A DNA stretch of 63,495 nucleotides, filler included, from Conidiobolus incongruus B7586 (taxonomy: Eukaryota): assembly GCA_000697335.1 (NCBI GenBank). It is 15 parts of 15 records of this genome, joined end to end, with 100 filler letters (N's around TTAATTAATTAA, not from the genome) between each part and the next. Parts side by side here need not be neighbours in the genome. Positions count along the whole stretch, not along the records: positions 1 to 1,564 come from JNEM01000004.1; positions 1,665 to 2,725 come from JNEM01000006.1; positions 2,826 to 3,959 come from JNEM01000009.1; positions 4,060 to 7,497 come from JNEM01000012.1; positions 7,598 to 12,094 come from JNEM01000015.1; positions 12,195 to 14,241 come from JNEM01000018.1; 9 more parts are not named here. One strand, 5' to 3'. The first letter of the stretch is position 1; every line of letters starts with the position of its first letter. Below the pieces are notes generated by a model. That model ran no database searches and was not told where the DNA came from. It saw only the letters and a list, made by a program, of their open reading frames with translations. Both the position numbers and the translations under genes were made by a program. Positions 1-12,380 of this stretch are shown in pieces.

Positions 1-1137
1 ATAATTATTAGGTAAATAAATCTATGTTATAATGAATAAAAATTTAATTTAGTTGAATATAAATAATAACTAAAAATTTATTAATATTAATTAATTAAAT
101 AATTAAATTCATAATATTTTTTTACTAATATATTAAAATATTAATTGAAATAAATTAAATATTAATATATATTATAAAATTTTGATTCTAATTAAATGTT
201 TTTATAAAAATAAATTTCAATATAACAAATAAGGAAATATTATTAAAATTAATTAGAAATAAGAGTATATTTAATGTAAATCAGATTTATAAAAAATATT
301 AATTTGAAAATTAATTAAAAAAATTATGAACCAATTATTTAATATTATTTTCATATAGAGTTAAAAACTTTAGTCAGATATTTATAATTTTTATTAAAAG
401 TTATAATTAAAAGATAAATTTAAACAAGGTCTTTGACTAACAAAAATGTTAATTTTCATTTCAAATTATTCAGAAATAAAAAAAAATATTAAATATAAAC
501 TAATAATAATAGAGATTGTAAATGTAAATAAATATTTTTAAAATAATTTAGTAATTTCAATTAGGCTCAAAGTTATAAATAATAAGCTTAAAATAGGTCA
601 TTTAATATTTTGAAATAATAAAACAAATTTTTAGAGTATCAATCTAAATATAAGATCATTATTTAAAATTATAATTTATAATAAATATTTATACAATGAA
701 AATGATTGAAACATTAATATATAAATTAACTCTGTTATTATGCTTAGATATTTTTGATAGAGGCTCAACTCCATTGAGAAGTAAAATTTAAAGAAATAAT
801 ATATAAAATCAATGAATAATAATATCATTATATTTTGATGAATATTGTTTATTATGTATAGAATGAAGTTTAATATTAGAGGTTATAAGTTTTAGGCCAA
901 ATGATTGGGAGGAATTATGTTTTTATTTTGATTAAATGGCATAATAAAAAAATCGAATGAATTAAAAGTTAATGTGTTAGAAAATGTAAAAAATTAATAA
1001 AAAATTAAAGAAACTAAGTTATAATTTATATATTTATTTATATGACAATTAAATTAATTTAAATTTTGAGGGTAAAGAAAAGATTAATACATGAAAATGG
1101 TAATATAATTAAGAATGCAATATCTATGCTAAACAGG

Positions 1138-1563
1138 TTATTGGTTCTTGTCCAAGACTTGTTGACTGGCCATTTCGGCATATAAGCCACTAGCCTTCAT
1201 CAATTCGTCATGAGTACCTTTTTCAACAATGACACCATTTTGGAAGACATAGATACAGTCAGCCTTTTGGATGGTAGAGAGACGATGAGCAATTGAGATG
1301 GTGGTACGACCCTTAGCAGCAGAATCTAAAGCAGCTTGGACAACAGCTTCAGATTCGGCATCAAGAGCGGAACTAGCTTCATCAAGTAACAAAATCTTGG
1401 GGTTTCTGACCAAGGCACGAGCAATGGCAATACGTTGCTTTTGACCACCAGAAAGAGAGGCACCCTTACCACCGAGACTGGTATCATAACCTTGAGGCAA
1501 TGACATAATGAAATCATGAATGTTGGCATCCTTAGCAGCTTTTTCAATTTCAGCTTGAGTAGG
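1138..1563 (-). CDS. ABCB/MDR (P-glycoprotein-like) ABC transporter, C-terminal nucleotide-binding domain; 5' part lost in gap
   Basis: Frame is open from the gap ([28 protein letters not shown]) through the ABC signature [15 protein letters not shown], Walker [13 protein letters not shown] and H-loop IAHRLSTI to TAA at 1138. Confidence 0.95.
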   Translation of the reverse strand, partial: PTQAEIEKAAKDANIHDFIMSLPQGYDTSLGGKGASLSGGQKQRIAIARALVRNPKILLLDEASSALDAESEAVVQAALDSAAKGRTTISIAHRLSTIQKADCIYVFQNGVIVEKGTHDELMKASGLYAEMASQQVLDKNQ

Positions 1564-1564
1564 A

Positions 1565-1664
1565 NNNNNNNNNNNNNNNNNNNNNNNNNNNNNNNNNNNN
1601 NNNNNNNNTTAATTAATTAANNNNNNNNNNNNNNNNNNNNNNNNNNNNNNNNNNNNNNNNNNNN
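1565..1664. other. Artificial assembly linker N44-TTAATTAATTAA-N44 (first of 14)
   Basis: Identical 100-bp spacers with stops in all six frames start at 1565, 2726, 3960, 7498, 12095, 14242, 15744, 17891, 20040, 23805, 25835, 27982, 40393 and 46276. Confidence 0.98.
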
Positions 1665-2725
1665 GAAAATGTAACCAAAGATGGATCAATCAAGGCAGTC
1701 TCAGTAGATTGTGTCGAGGTACTATCTGATAGTGATTTGTCATTGGTAGAAGTAGGTGATTTTTGTCGAAACAGTGGCAAAGTAAGCTTCTTTTTCAAAC
1801 TGCGAGGAATTGTGGAGTTGCCAGGACGTTTGAAACTGCAAGAAAATTCAAATACCAGTGAATCCCCATTAGTCTCAGGTTCTTCAACAGGCTGAGGCTC
1901 AGCATAGATAGTAGGTGGTTCTGAGTGATGAGTCATTTCCTCGGCTTTAGAAATTGAATCGGTTGATTTCATCAATGGGCCAAGTTCAGCGAGATCATTC
2001 TCCAATTGTTTTTGAAATAGTTCTTTAGAAGGAATACCACGATTTGATAATACCGTGTTGGCATCTGATATTAGAGTTTCGACCATTGAACAAACTCTAT
2101 CATATCGCTGACTGTCTTCTTCAACGGGAAAGCAGTCTTCTTCATTTTCGATGGTAGGTGTTTTAGCAGGCTGTGAACCATCGGGGTTAAAGAGAGTCTA
2201 AATTAAGCAATATTAATCACTACCCCTTGCAAATAGATGTATTTTTCAGTATTACTTGGCAGTCTGGTTTTACACTAAGTTTTTGTCTCAAGCGAATTGA
2301 TGCTTCTTTTTGGAATTTATTCATAGTATCATTTATTCTACAAATATAAAATATTAATATAGATGTAAAAGTGTAAATTCTGCATTATATAAGATTACTC
2401 TTTAAGTTGTTGAGAAACATCCTTATTAAGTAACGCACTATCTACAACAGTATCATGTATGTTGGATACCAAACATTCTAAATTGAGCATCTAAAAAATA
2501 TTAATCAATTGCATATTGATAATACCAAGCGATAAATTATTACTTTTTCATATAGCATCATGTTCATACTAGGATGGTCTGAGTGGGGGTTTCTAGCCAT
2601 TGAGCTTTGATAAGAAGGCGGAAATAAATTTTCACTACCATCCAGTGTAATATCGGGATCAATGTCGTTGGAATCGGTTACATGTGATTCTTTAGTTTCA
2701 TAGTTAAATTTAGGCTCCAAATTCA
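1665..2725 (-). CDS. Multi-exon hypothetical protein, internal fragment (both ends in gaps)
   Basis: GT-AG introns at about 2491-2543, 2338-2398 and 2198-2256 join one frame: ...MNMMLYEK|MLNLECLVSNIHDTVVDSALLNKDVSQQLKE|INDTMNKFQKEASIRLRQKLSVKPDCQ|TLFNPDGSQ...RYDRVCSMVETLISDAN... No family recognised. Confidence 0.7.
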
Positions 2726-3559
2726 NNNNNNNNNNNNNNNNNNNNNNNNNNNNNNNNNNNNNNNNNNNNTTAATTAATTAANNNNNNNNNNNNNNNNNNN
2801 NNNNNNNNNNNNNNNNNNNNNNNNNAATTTTTACTATTTTGGCTATTTTGAACTGATATAACTATATTTGAGAATAATAATAATAATAATAATAATATAA
2901 CAATCTTAGTATCTCTACTATTAATATCTTTCAAAATAACAATTTTTTTTGATTGATAATTATCAATTTTTGCTCATTTGAATAATATTTCAAATTTAAT
3001 AAAAATATTTGAATGTAAATAAGTATATTACAAATAAATAGATATTACCTTTTAATATATCAAGGGTATATATTAAAGTTTAATATCACTTATTTCTAAC
3101 TAGTTTATTTTGATTTTAGTCAATTTGTATACAATTCTGATTATTCCAAATTAGAGTATGTATACCATATAGACGTATATAAAATTGATTTTTAATCAGA
3201 ATTAAGTTTATATTAGTAAATTTCCTATATATTAATTGATTTAAAGGTAACATATTATATACTGACTAATCTAAGTTATGCATCCAATAATTATATAAGT
3301 ATAGCTATTTAAAATATGACCAGTGATTCAAATCCAATGTAATAAATCTTTGACCAAGTATTAATACATAAATATACACTATATTATAAATTAACAAAGA
3401 TCCAATATTTTATTATAGGTAAAATTAATGATATTCATATCTTTAATCAAAGTAATCAAGTTTTTTGTGTCAACTACATTATTAAGAGACAATCAAGCTT
3501 TAATTTTAATTTTAATAATTATTATAATTATTATCAGCTAAGAAAAAAAATAGTTGCAA

Positions 3560-3860
3560 ATTTTTAATATTTAATTCTTAATTATATTATTGGTTTTTTC
3601 AAAAAGCTTTTACTTTAAAATTATTAAAACTTACCCATAAACTCTCTAAAATATTTTAAGATTTGTAAAAAGCTTATAAAAATAATATGCATCCTAAACT
3701 AACATTGAATTTTAAATTTATTATTTTAAAGTTAAAATGGATATTATTTAAAATTTATTAAAATTTAAAAGATTAATTTTTATTATTACTTTGTTTTTTA
3801 ATAATAAAGTAAAAAATGTATCAGAAAATATTGTTTTATTTCAATTAGAGAATTATTTAT
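3560..3860 (-). repeat. Dispersed degenerate AT-rich repeat, copy 1 (inverted relative to 14400-14660)
   Basis: caaaaagcttttactttaaaattattaaaacttacccata...atttgtaaaaagcttataaaaat aligns by eye with the reverse complement of 14540-14660 (caaaagtcttttattttaatattagcaaaacttaaccata...atttataaaaagcttttaaaaat). Confidence 0.55.
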
Positions 3861-3889
3861 GTGTTTTAATATTAATTATATAAGTATAT

Positions 3890-3920
<31 letters not shown>

Positions 3921-4059
3921 GTATATATTTAAACTTAATCAACAAATATATAAAATAGANNNNNNNNNNNNNNNNNNNNNNNNNNNNNNNNNNNNNNNNN
4001 NNNTTAATTAATTAANNNNNNNNNNNNNNNNNNNNNNNNNNNNNNNNNNNNNNNNNNNN

Positions 4060-4128
4060 GGGTCATGGAGAGACCGCTCAGAAAATCAAAAAACTAGGAG
4101 TTGGAAGTGGGTTTAAAACTCTATTCAA
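4060..4128 (+). repeat. 69-bp exact direct repeat at the left end of contig 4060-7497 (partner 7429-7497)
   Basis: gggtcatggagagaccgctcagaaaatcaaaaaactaggagttggaagtgggtttaaaactctattcaa is identical at both contig ends. Confidence 0.97.
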
Positions 4129-5085
4129 AGATATTGACGAAATTGTAGAAAAATTTTATGATCCTAGACTGAATTTGGTTTTGATGGGTCACAGTTATGT
4201 ATGAGCTATCGTTGATATATTAATTTCTTCAGAGTTTAATCATCTGATTGTTTAGGGAGGATTAGCGGCTTTTAATTACTCCGTCTATGGTGGAAAGAGA
4301 GATTTAATTACTGGGCTTATTGGATGCTGTAATTTTATTATCTTATAAAAATAATACAAATATTTTATCTAACATACTAAAAATTAATTAGCCCCTGGAT
4401 TCGAGGTACCTCATGAAATTTTACCTCACCCAGCGGTATTATTTATTCTCAAAAGACTGGCAGGATGGCTTCCCAATCAAACAACTAAAATAACTATTGG
4501 TAATTAGTTGAAATTTATTAGAGTTATACGTAATATTGATATAAAATATAGACACTAGCACTCTCAGTAGAATTGAAGAGGAGGTTAAATTATATAATAA
4601 TGACCCTATAGTTACTGCAGCTGCATCTCTTATCTATCGTAAATAGCTATATTTTTATTCGGCTTGGTATCTTATATTAATGTCTATTTACAGTCTATGA
4701 TTCTTTGTACTCGAACGAAATTAAGAATCATTGTGACAAAATCAAAATACCTAACGTTTTACTTACCCATGGTACTGAAGATAAGATCACTCTCCATGCA
4801 GGAACACAGCAAGTATATGAAAACATGAAGAAAACTCATCCTAATGTAACATTCAAATCATACGACGGTGCTTATCATGAACGTAAGTTGAATCTAAAGT
4901 TTTTCAAACTCCTAACTAATGAATGATGTTTACTAGTTCATAATGATCTTTGTCGTGAAGAGGTAAATATTTCATACTATTTAATACATAAGAATTTAGT
5001 TATATATATTTAAATATAGGTATGTAAAGATTACATTGATTGGATTCAAAATTTAAAGCCTAAATTACATGCTCCAAAACTTTAA
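4060..5085 (+). CDS. Alpha/beta-hydrolase, monoglyceride lipase/lysophospholipase (Yju3/MGLL-like), 3' part, 7 exons
   Basis: Spliced translation GHGETAQK...LVLMGHSY|GGLAAF (nucleophile GxSxG)...LLTHGTEDKIT (Asp)...YDGAYHE|LHND (His)...VCKDYIDWIQNLKPKLHAPKL*, with TAA at 5083-5085. Confidence 0.92.
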
Positions 5086-7162
5086 TTATTATTTTTGATC
5101 TTAATTGATTATAGTAAATAAATCCAAGTCAATTTTGATCCATTTTGAACCTTTATTCAGAATTTGACTTAAATTTAAACATTTCAATCAAAATCATTTT
5201 TAGATTCACTTATTAGTATCTAAGCATATATTGTGTTTTATGATAAGTTTTGTAAATAAAGAGCGTTATTAGAAAGGTACTTGTAATACGATTTATTAAA
5301 TTATTTATTAATCCTGCTCTTTAACGTATTGGGACTGTATGCCGTAAAGTTTACTTACTGTTGAGACGTCGTAGCAGAATAATAAAAAATTGGAATCCCC
5401 TCTATCCTTAGCACTTTTTGGTTTAAATAGTTGATTCAGCGAATGATATACTAACAAAGAGTATCCTTTAATTATGGACTGACAAAGCTGCTATAAATGA
5501 GGGATAATATGGACTTAACTATCAAATCAAGATGGGCAGGTATTTTCAAAATATAACACATAGTTAAATGAATGAGCTTTTAAATTCTAATTATATTAGA
5601 TACTAACCTTTTTTTTCTTTTGTTATCAATTGTTATTTGAATTTATAGACATATATATAGTAGATAAGTTTACATCTCATTTTTGAAAAAGATTGAAATT
5701 AATTTCAATCATTAAGTCAAATAAAGTATGGATTTAAATGAGTTGTTTTGACAAATATATATATTTGATTTATACCATTAATGATTTTGATCATGAATTT
5801 TTGCAATTGTATTTCACATAACTATATTTGAGAATTAAAACATAATGCCTACTATATTGATGAATTAGAAAATATTAATTTTATTGTTTGTAAATGATAC
5901 AATTTAAGTCCATTCATCTAGATATTTGATAATTGCTTGGTTTTATGCATAAATTTGGACAATATTATTTATATCTCTAATTTCCATCATTAAATATGAA
6001 ATCATCAATTGTGTGAAATTGCTCTCTAGATTAGCAAATTCAAATTTTTTGAAATATATATGTTTTTAAAAACTTAGTTGAAAATATAATCATTCAAACA
6101 AATTTATGATTAAGAACCAAGTAATCCGTTTAAATGGATGATTACTTATTAAGCATTTCGTGAAAGTGATAACTTTGTGGGTAAAATAGTATGTAAAACA
6201 TTGAAAACTTACAGAGGGCTTTTGAAATATTTTTATTGATTAACTTTAAAATGATATAAGAATCAAAGTAATATTCAAACACCTATAAAAATAATATTGA
6301 TTAAATATCTTCATTATAAAAATCTTTTAATCATGTAAAAATATCAATCTCTCAAAACTAATAGAGTATATTGAATTATTGATCAATAAACTGGTGAAAT
6401 ATATTTATTTTTCACTTGAACCAATATGATAAAGAAAAAATCATCCGAAATATTCATCATTCCAATTTTATTAATTTTGGCTAATCCAGTTTAATAGCTG
6501 GATTGAATTAAAAATTGATTATCAAGGGATTATTATTTGTAGCTATTTCATATACATGGTTGATTTATAAATGTTTTTTACATTTATAAAATACTGTATT
6601 AATTAGACATACAAGGTCTCTTTGATGTAATATATGGATGATGTGAACAACAAATCAACTTATGATCCCTAATACTATAAGAGGAGATTACTTTTCTCAA
6701 AATTATGACATACAATATTATAAAATTGATGCTTTGTTTAAAATTACTTCGAAAAAATCTAATTTTAGCATTTCAAACCTTATAATGATTAACTCAAATA
6801 ATGTAAATTATAAAATAAATGGGCCAGATTATACCAGACTATTGCATATATTTCATTAAATAATGTGATATATATATAAATGATGTGATTCAATAGCTAC
6901 TGAATATATGTTACTATATTTGTAAGCTCCTTATCGCTCATTTTGCGTGAATATTTATGTTTCATATGAAAATTTAAATTATTACTATATAATCAAAATA
7001 CAAAGTTTAGGGTAAACGATTTTCAAGATTGATTGGTTAATAATATCAAGATCTTGAATCATTGAAATTAGATATAAAAAGGGATTATCAGTCACAAAAT
7101 TTATTAATATTTTCACTTTCAAAATCAGTTAAATAATCTTTTCAATAACATATAATTAATAA

Positions 7163-7497
7163 ATGGAGAACTCTGTAGATATTCAAGAAGAATGGTATAC
7201 TACAGAACATTCAAATACTGATTTATTATTAAGAATTTGGACTGTAATTGAAAATTTGTATGACATCAAATTTATTTTATTAATATCGAATTCCATTTAG
7301 CCAATCGATACTTCTATTAATTCGATAGTCATTTTCTTGCATGGATTCGGTGAACACACTAAACGTTACATGGAATTTTTCAAGCGTTTTGCTGAAAATG
7401 GTATCAAAGTAGTCTCCTTTGACCAGAGGGGTCATGGAGAGACCGCTCAGAAAATCAAAAAACTAGGAGTTGGAAGTGGGTTTAAAACTCTATTCAA
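7163..7497 (+). CDS. Alpha/beta-hydrolase, monoglyceride lipase-like, 5' part (2 exons)
   Basis: ATG 7163, MENSVDIQEEWYTTEHSNTDLLLRIWT | intron 7244-7300 | PIDTSINSIVIFLHGFGEHTKRY...SFDQRGHG, which are typical Hydrolase_4 N-terminal motifs. Confidence 0.92.
7429..7497 (+). repeat. 69-bp exact direct repeat at the right end of contig 4060-7497
   Basis: Identical to 4060-4128. Confidence 0.97.
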
Positions 7498-8738
7498 NNN
7501 NNNNNNNNNNNNNNNNNNNNNNNNNNNNNNNNNNNNNNNNNTTAATTAATTAANNNNNNNNNNNNNNNNNNNNNNNNNNNNNNNNNNNNNNNNNNNNTTA
7601 AAAATATTTATTATTTTATATAATAATTATAAAAATAAATTCAAAAAAAGCTAATATATTTAATATATCTAATATATTTTAACTTATATAATTATAATTG
7701 CCTTTAGCAATTAAGAAATATATTTATAGAAAAGAAAATCTCTAAAAATAAATTTAATTGATTTATAACATATCAATTTTAAGTTAATAATAAGGATTAT
7801 TTTTTATATACTAGAAACTTATTAAAAGTATAACAAAAGGTTATTTGAAATAAAAGAAAGTATTGATTTGATAATATATATATATTTGTAAATTATATAG
7901 AAGATTATATAGTAAAAACTTGATTTAAATTTGATCCCAAAAATTCTCATTACTTAAAATTTAAAGTAATATTATAATTTTGAATGTTTAATAAAAATAT
8001 CTTGCTACTTAGTGTTGATTGGTTTGAGATTTTCAAATTTATATTAGAAATAAATATAATTAATTATAATATACGTGATATGGAAATATATTATTAAATA
8101 AACTAGATTGATAATATTGGTGTATTATTATCATATGAGCTAGTAATTTGGATTATATATAATATGACCTTTAATATAATAATAAATTGAATAATAATTC
8201 TTTTCGATTTTTTGTATTAATTAATTTAAACAAATATAATATATTTCTATTTTGTTAATAGTTATAAAGGTTGATTAAAAGTAAACTAATCTATATTAAT
8301 CTAAAATCGAAATTAAAAAATAATACGCTTTCAAAATTATTCAAATATTATAATAAAAAATTATTGGAAGGTAAGGTTAAAATAATGAAAAATAAACGTA
8401 CAAGAGGGATTTATTAAAGATTCAAAAGTGCGATCTTGTAGGTTTTCTGGAAGGAAAAAGAAGTGATTCATTGATTGGATATATTTAAATAAGGACTTTA
8501 ATTGCCAATGCAACGAACTGGGTGTAATAAGATGAAATGATCACAATAAAGTGATTCATATTGTTTTATAGTCCTTCAACTTGATTCTTCAATTTTAATG
8601 AAATGGAATTTTTAACAGCAGAATAAAATGTTTTAAATAAAATTGATTTTGAGAATAGGTGTTTACAGGGAAAGACTAAATATTACAAAATAAAATATAA
8701 AATTTGAGTATAATTAATTAATTATATCAAACGAAAGC

Positions 8739-9774
8739 CTAACAACAAGAATCAATACCAATAATCCAACCAAGATGTTGTTTAAATTCTCTAATTGGAT
8801 TTTGGAAGCCACCATTTGTGATATTATTATGTTCTTCTAGACTAAAATAAATGGATTAGTTAAAAATTGAATTTGGTATAAATCTTGACTTACTGTGCTG
8901 CCCATTGTGAAACTATGCTTTGACCGAAAATTTTACCACACTCAATTTGCTCACCAAGATGCTTAATAAACTCCATCCAATACTCAATTAACTTTTCATA
9001 TAAGTCTAATTTTAATTGATTATGACTTGGTTGATCCCATTGGGGCAAACGGTGAACAAAATGTGTGGCTATATGTAAATATTCGATTACTAGTGAAGGA
9101 GCTTGGGACTCGGTTTGAAGAAAATGTTCAGCAAATTGAATAATGGCGCCTTTGGCCTCTAGTAAGTGAGGACGAACCCTGGTAAAGGCATAAGCATCGG
9201 TACTGGGTCCTTCTTTACTATAGGGAAACGCTTCTTGATACTTTTTCTCTAAAGTTTCAAAAGCAATTTGAACGGATTTAAGGGTTGGGCGGGGAATTAG
9301 AGAAAATAGCTCTGGACGTAAGTGAGGATGACGATCTGTTAGCATTTCAAACATTTCAATAAGTTGATCTTTCTGAAGAGACACTAAATATTTATGTAAG
9401 TATTAAATATTAAAATTGAAAATAGTATTACATACCAAGTAGGGATTTTAAAGTTTGTTGCGAAGTGTATTCATTTCTATATCTCTTGCTAATAGAAGAT
9501 GGAGTGTTTCGAGTAAAAGGATTATTATTAGTTCTGTAATCCATAGGATTTGAATCTGCTTCATTTTTTCTTTTGCGTCCTAAATATTAACGTTAGATCG
9601 TAAATTAAGACAAGTGGCAATAAGGCTACCTAAGGGAGGAGGAGATTGTCTTGGGCTATTGAAATTCCTTGAAGCATTATTAAGTGTCACTGAAGCTGAA
9701 GAGTTATTTAAGATAAAAGGGTTTGAATCGGTGGGAAGAAGGGGAAAACAAGGGGCTTTAGAAGATTCTGACAT
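8739..9774 (-). CDS. cut8: Tethering factor for nuclear proteasome, Cut8/Sts1 family (4 exons)
   Basis: Spliced: MSESSK...SPPPL|GRKRKNE (NLS)...TLKSLL|VSLQKDQLIEMFEMLTDRHPHLRPELFSLIPRPTL...FPYS...YAFTRVRPHL...ATHFVHRLPQWD...|LEEHN...FKQHLGWIIG. Matches Cut8/Sts1 hallmarks. Confidence 0.88.
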
Positions 9775-10424
9775 AATTAAATACAAATATAATATTAAGG
9801 GTTTTCAAAAATATATTGTAGTAGTTTAGTATTTAGTTTAATATGAGGTTAGAAAACTAAACATAACAAGTGTCAGAATAAGTGGCTAATTGTTAGAGTA
9901 TTTATACTATTTGATGAAATTGAGGATTATGGTATGGGAGATTGGTGAATATTATAATGAATGATAGTAGGATTCTATGGGTAAAAATAAGTTTCAATGA
10001 TTAGTGAGCGAGGCGGTTGTGAAAAAATTGGTTTTAATTAAGCTTTAAAAAATTATGTGTAACACTTGATTTTCCCTAAAAAGGTAAAGATTTCATCAAT
10101 AAAATTTGGACAAAATGCCAAATAAATAACTTTATAATTGATTTAGGGATATAAATGGAATTTCATTGAATTGAGCTCAATAATTGAAGTGGAATTAACT
10201 TTTTTATATAAGTTACATCGATCATGAATTGATAATTGATTGATTATTACAAGAGTAAAGAAAATGGTTTGTAATGCGATTTGAAAGAATAAAGTTACCG
10301 ATTATGAATGTAGGATTGATCCCACAATATTTTATAAAAATTAATTGAATATAAAATCCTCTATGTTTTCAAAAATATTAATGAATAATCAACGTAATAT
10401 AAAATAACAAGCTGAGTATAATTT

Positions 10425-11206
10425 ATGAAGAATCAGTTAATCGAAAAAGTCAAGAGAAATTCAATCCAAGAGATTAATCAGTTTTTTAAGACTTTTCAAA
10501 CTTGGACTGAATTAAATTCTGATGGTGTCAAAATTGGAAATGGATTAGTTGAATGTATTTCTAAACTCAATACATTGTAAGAATAAAATATTTAAAACAT
10601 AAACTTAGCATTAATCTAATTCAATTAGAACTAAAGAAGAGCGACATATTATAAACAATTTCAATTGTGAAAGTGAGCAATATATCAAACTTGAACAGAT
10701 ATATAATTCTTTGGTGAATAATTGGAGACAAACTATTGATAAACTAGTAAATATTGGATACAATTGGTAAAATATGCAATTAATTTATTTTTTAATAGAT
10801 TTACCAATATGAAAAATTGCTAAACACTCAATCGAAACTAGAAAATTTCAGAGAACAAATCATTATAGAACTCGATGGAGCTACTGCTGATTCAGAACCC
10901 ATTTTAACTACTTGGTCCATATCCTATTTAGGTAATAGTAATAATTGGTTAATTTCTATAAATATTATTTACATGCATTCATTAATTATAATAGTTGAAC
11001 AATACAACAATTTACTCAATTTTTTTGATCAAGATTTATGCTTAAAGTTTGAAATATGCAATTATTTCATACAAAAAAATTTAAAATTTAACGAGGATAA
11101 TTTAGAGATCTCTTGCACTCTCTCTGCTTGGTTGCATAAGCCTTCACTTAGTTCAATTGACTTTCAAAATATAATATCCTATTTAAAATTAGAGTCAGGA
11201 CTATAA
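10425..11206 (+). CDS. CINP-like (CDK2-interacting protein-like) helical protein, about 4 exons
   Basis: ATG 10425, introns at about 10577-10628, 10747-10798 and 10932-10994. Motifs TWTELNSDGVKIGNGL, PILTTWS, DLCLKFEI, LSAWLHKP and terminal LKLESGL follow the CINP pattern as recalled; no search was run. Confidence 0.6.
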
Positions 11207-11720
11207 TAATTAATATTACCAATTATCTTCCCAAAAGATATAATTCTTAAGTTTAATTAAGTAGCTTAAGGTGTTATATTTATTGAATAGATATTGAATA
11301 GAAAATATTACATAATAAATTGACTCTGTCATATAATTTCTATATTAATATTTTATATTTTCTGAAATATCCAAACCTTTTTTACTGAGAGCTAATTTGA
11401 GGAAACTAATAATACCCTGATTTGATTTCAATAATAAATTAGTATCACGAAATATTCAAATATAGTTTTAAGATGGATATTATTAAATGGTATCATGTTA
11501 TTAGTTAAATGATCAAAAAATACAATTTAGGTGATAAAAAAAAGTAATGAATTTAAATAATTAAGAAAGCTATTATAATCAAACACTAAATGGTTTAGGT
11601 AGATTATATAATTAAATTTGTATTACTGTCAAAATTGTAACTATAGGATGAAAAAATAACAGTTATTGTGAACTAACCCATCGAACTGAATAGAATACAG
11701 AAACTAAACCTATTAGTAAA

Positions 11721-12094
11721 TTAAGATACCCATAATTTACGAAAATTAAAGCTAAGGCAAAATGCCATGACTAAAAATCCATAAATGATAAGGTACTTGG
11801 CAATGAACACATGCCATGTTGATTTGGTTTGAGTCTGGGATGCCACTTTGAGATAAAATATACCCGGTAAAATAAATGAAATGGCTGTTGATCCTGTAGA
11901 TCCAACAAATGAGAGTACCAAGTCTAACTTAGATACCGAAATGGAAATAATGTATCCAAAGAAAATAATGCATACAGTAATGATATTGAATAGAGTAGGT
12001 GAGTCATCGGTAGCTGGAGATATTTGCTGATTAGATTGGTGATTGGACTCAACGTCACCATCAGCGACCGGAGCATATGAGCCAAAGAAGGCCT
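11721..12094 (-). CDS. Amino-acid transporter (AAAP/AVT family, Avt5-7-like), C-terminal part
   Basis: Open from the gap: FNIITVCIIFFGYIISISVSKLDLVLSFVGSTGSTAISFILPGIFYLK... (last TM helices of Aa_trans), TAA at 11721. Confidence 0.88.
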
Positions 12095-12194
12095 NNNNNN
12101 NNNNNNNNNNNNNNNNNNNNNNNNNNNNNNNNNNNNNNTTAATTAATTAANNNNNNNNNNNNNNNNNNNNNNNNNNNNNNNNNNNNNNNNNNNN

Positions 12195-12380
12195 AAATAA
12201 ATCTTTAAAGTTAATTTTTTATTAAAAAAATATATAATTATATATACAGTTGAAAACTATATATTTTCCTATTTATTATGTATATATTATATTTTCTGGA
12301 ATTAATAATATGTTCAAAAAAATAAGAAATTAAAAATTTTTTATATTGCTTTAATTTTGAGGTAATATAATCTAAAATTT
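12195..12380 (+). repeat. Dispersed degenerate AT-rich repeat, copy 2 (similar to 14665-14845)
   Basis: aataaatctttaaagttaatttttt...ttttctggaattaataatatg...taattttgaggtaata versus aataaatttttaaaagttaatttttt...ttttctgaaactaataatata...taattttgtggtaata. Confidence 0.55.
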
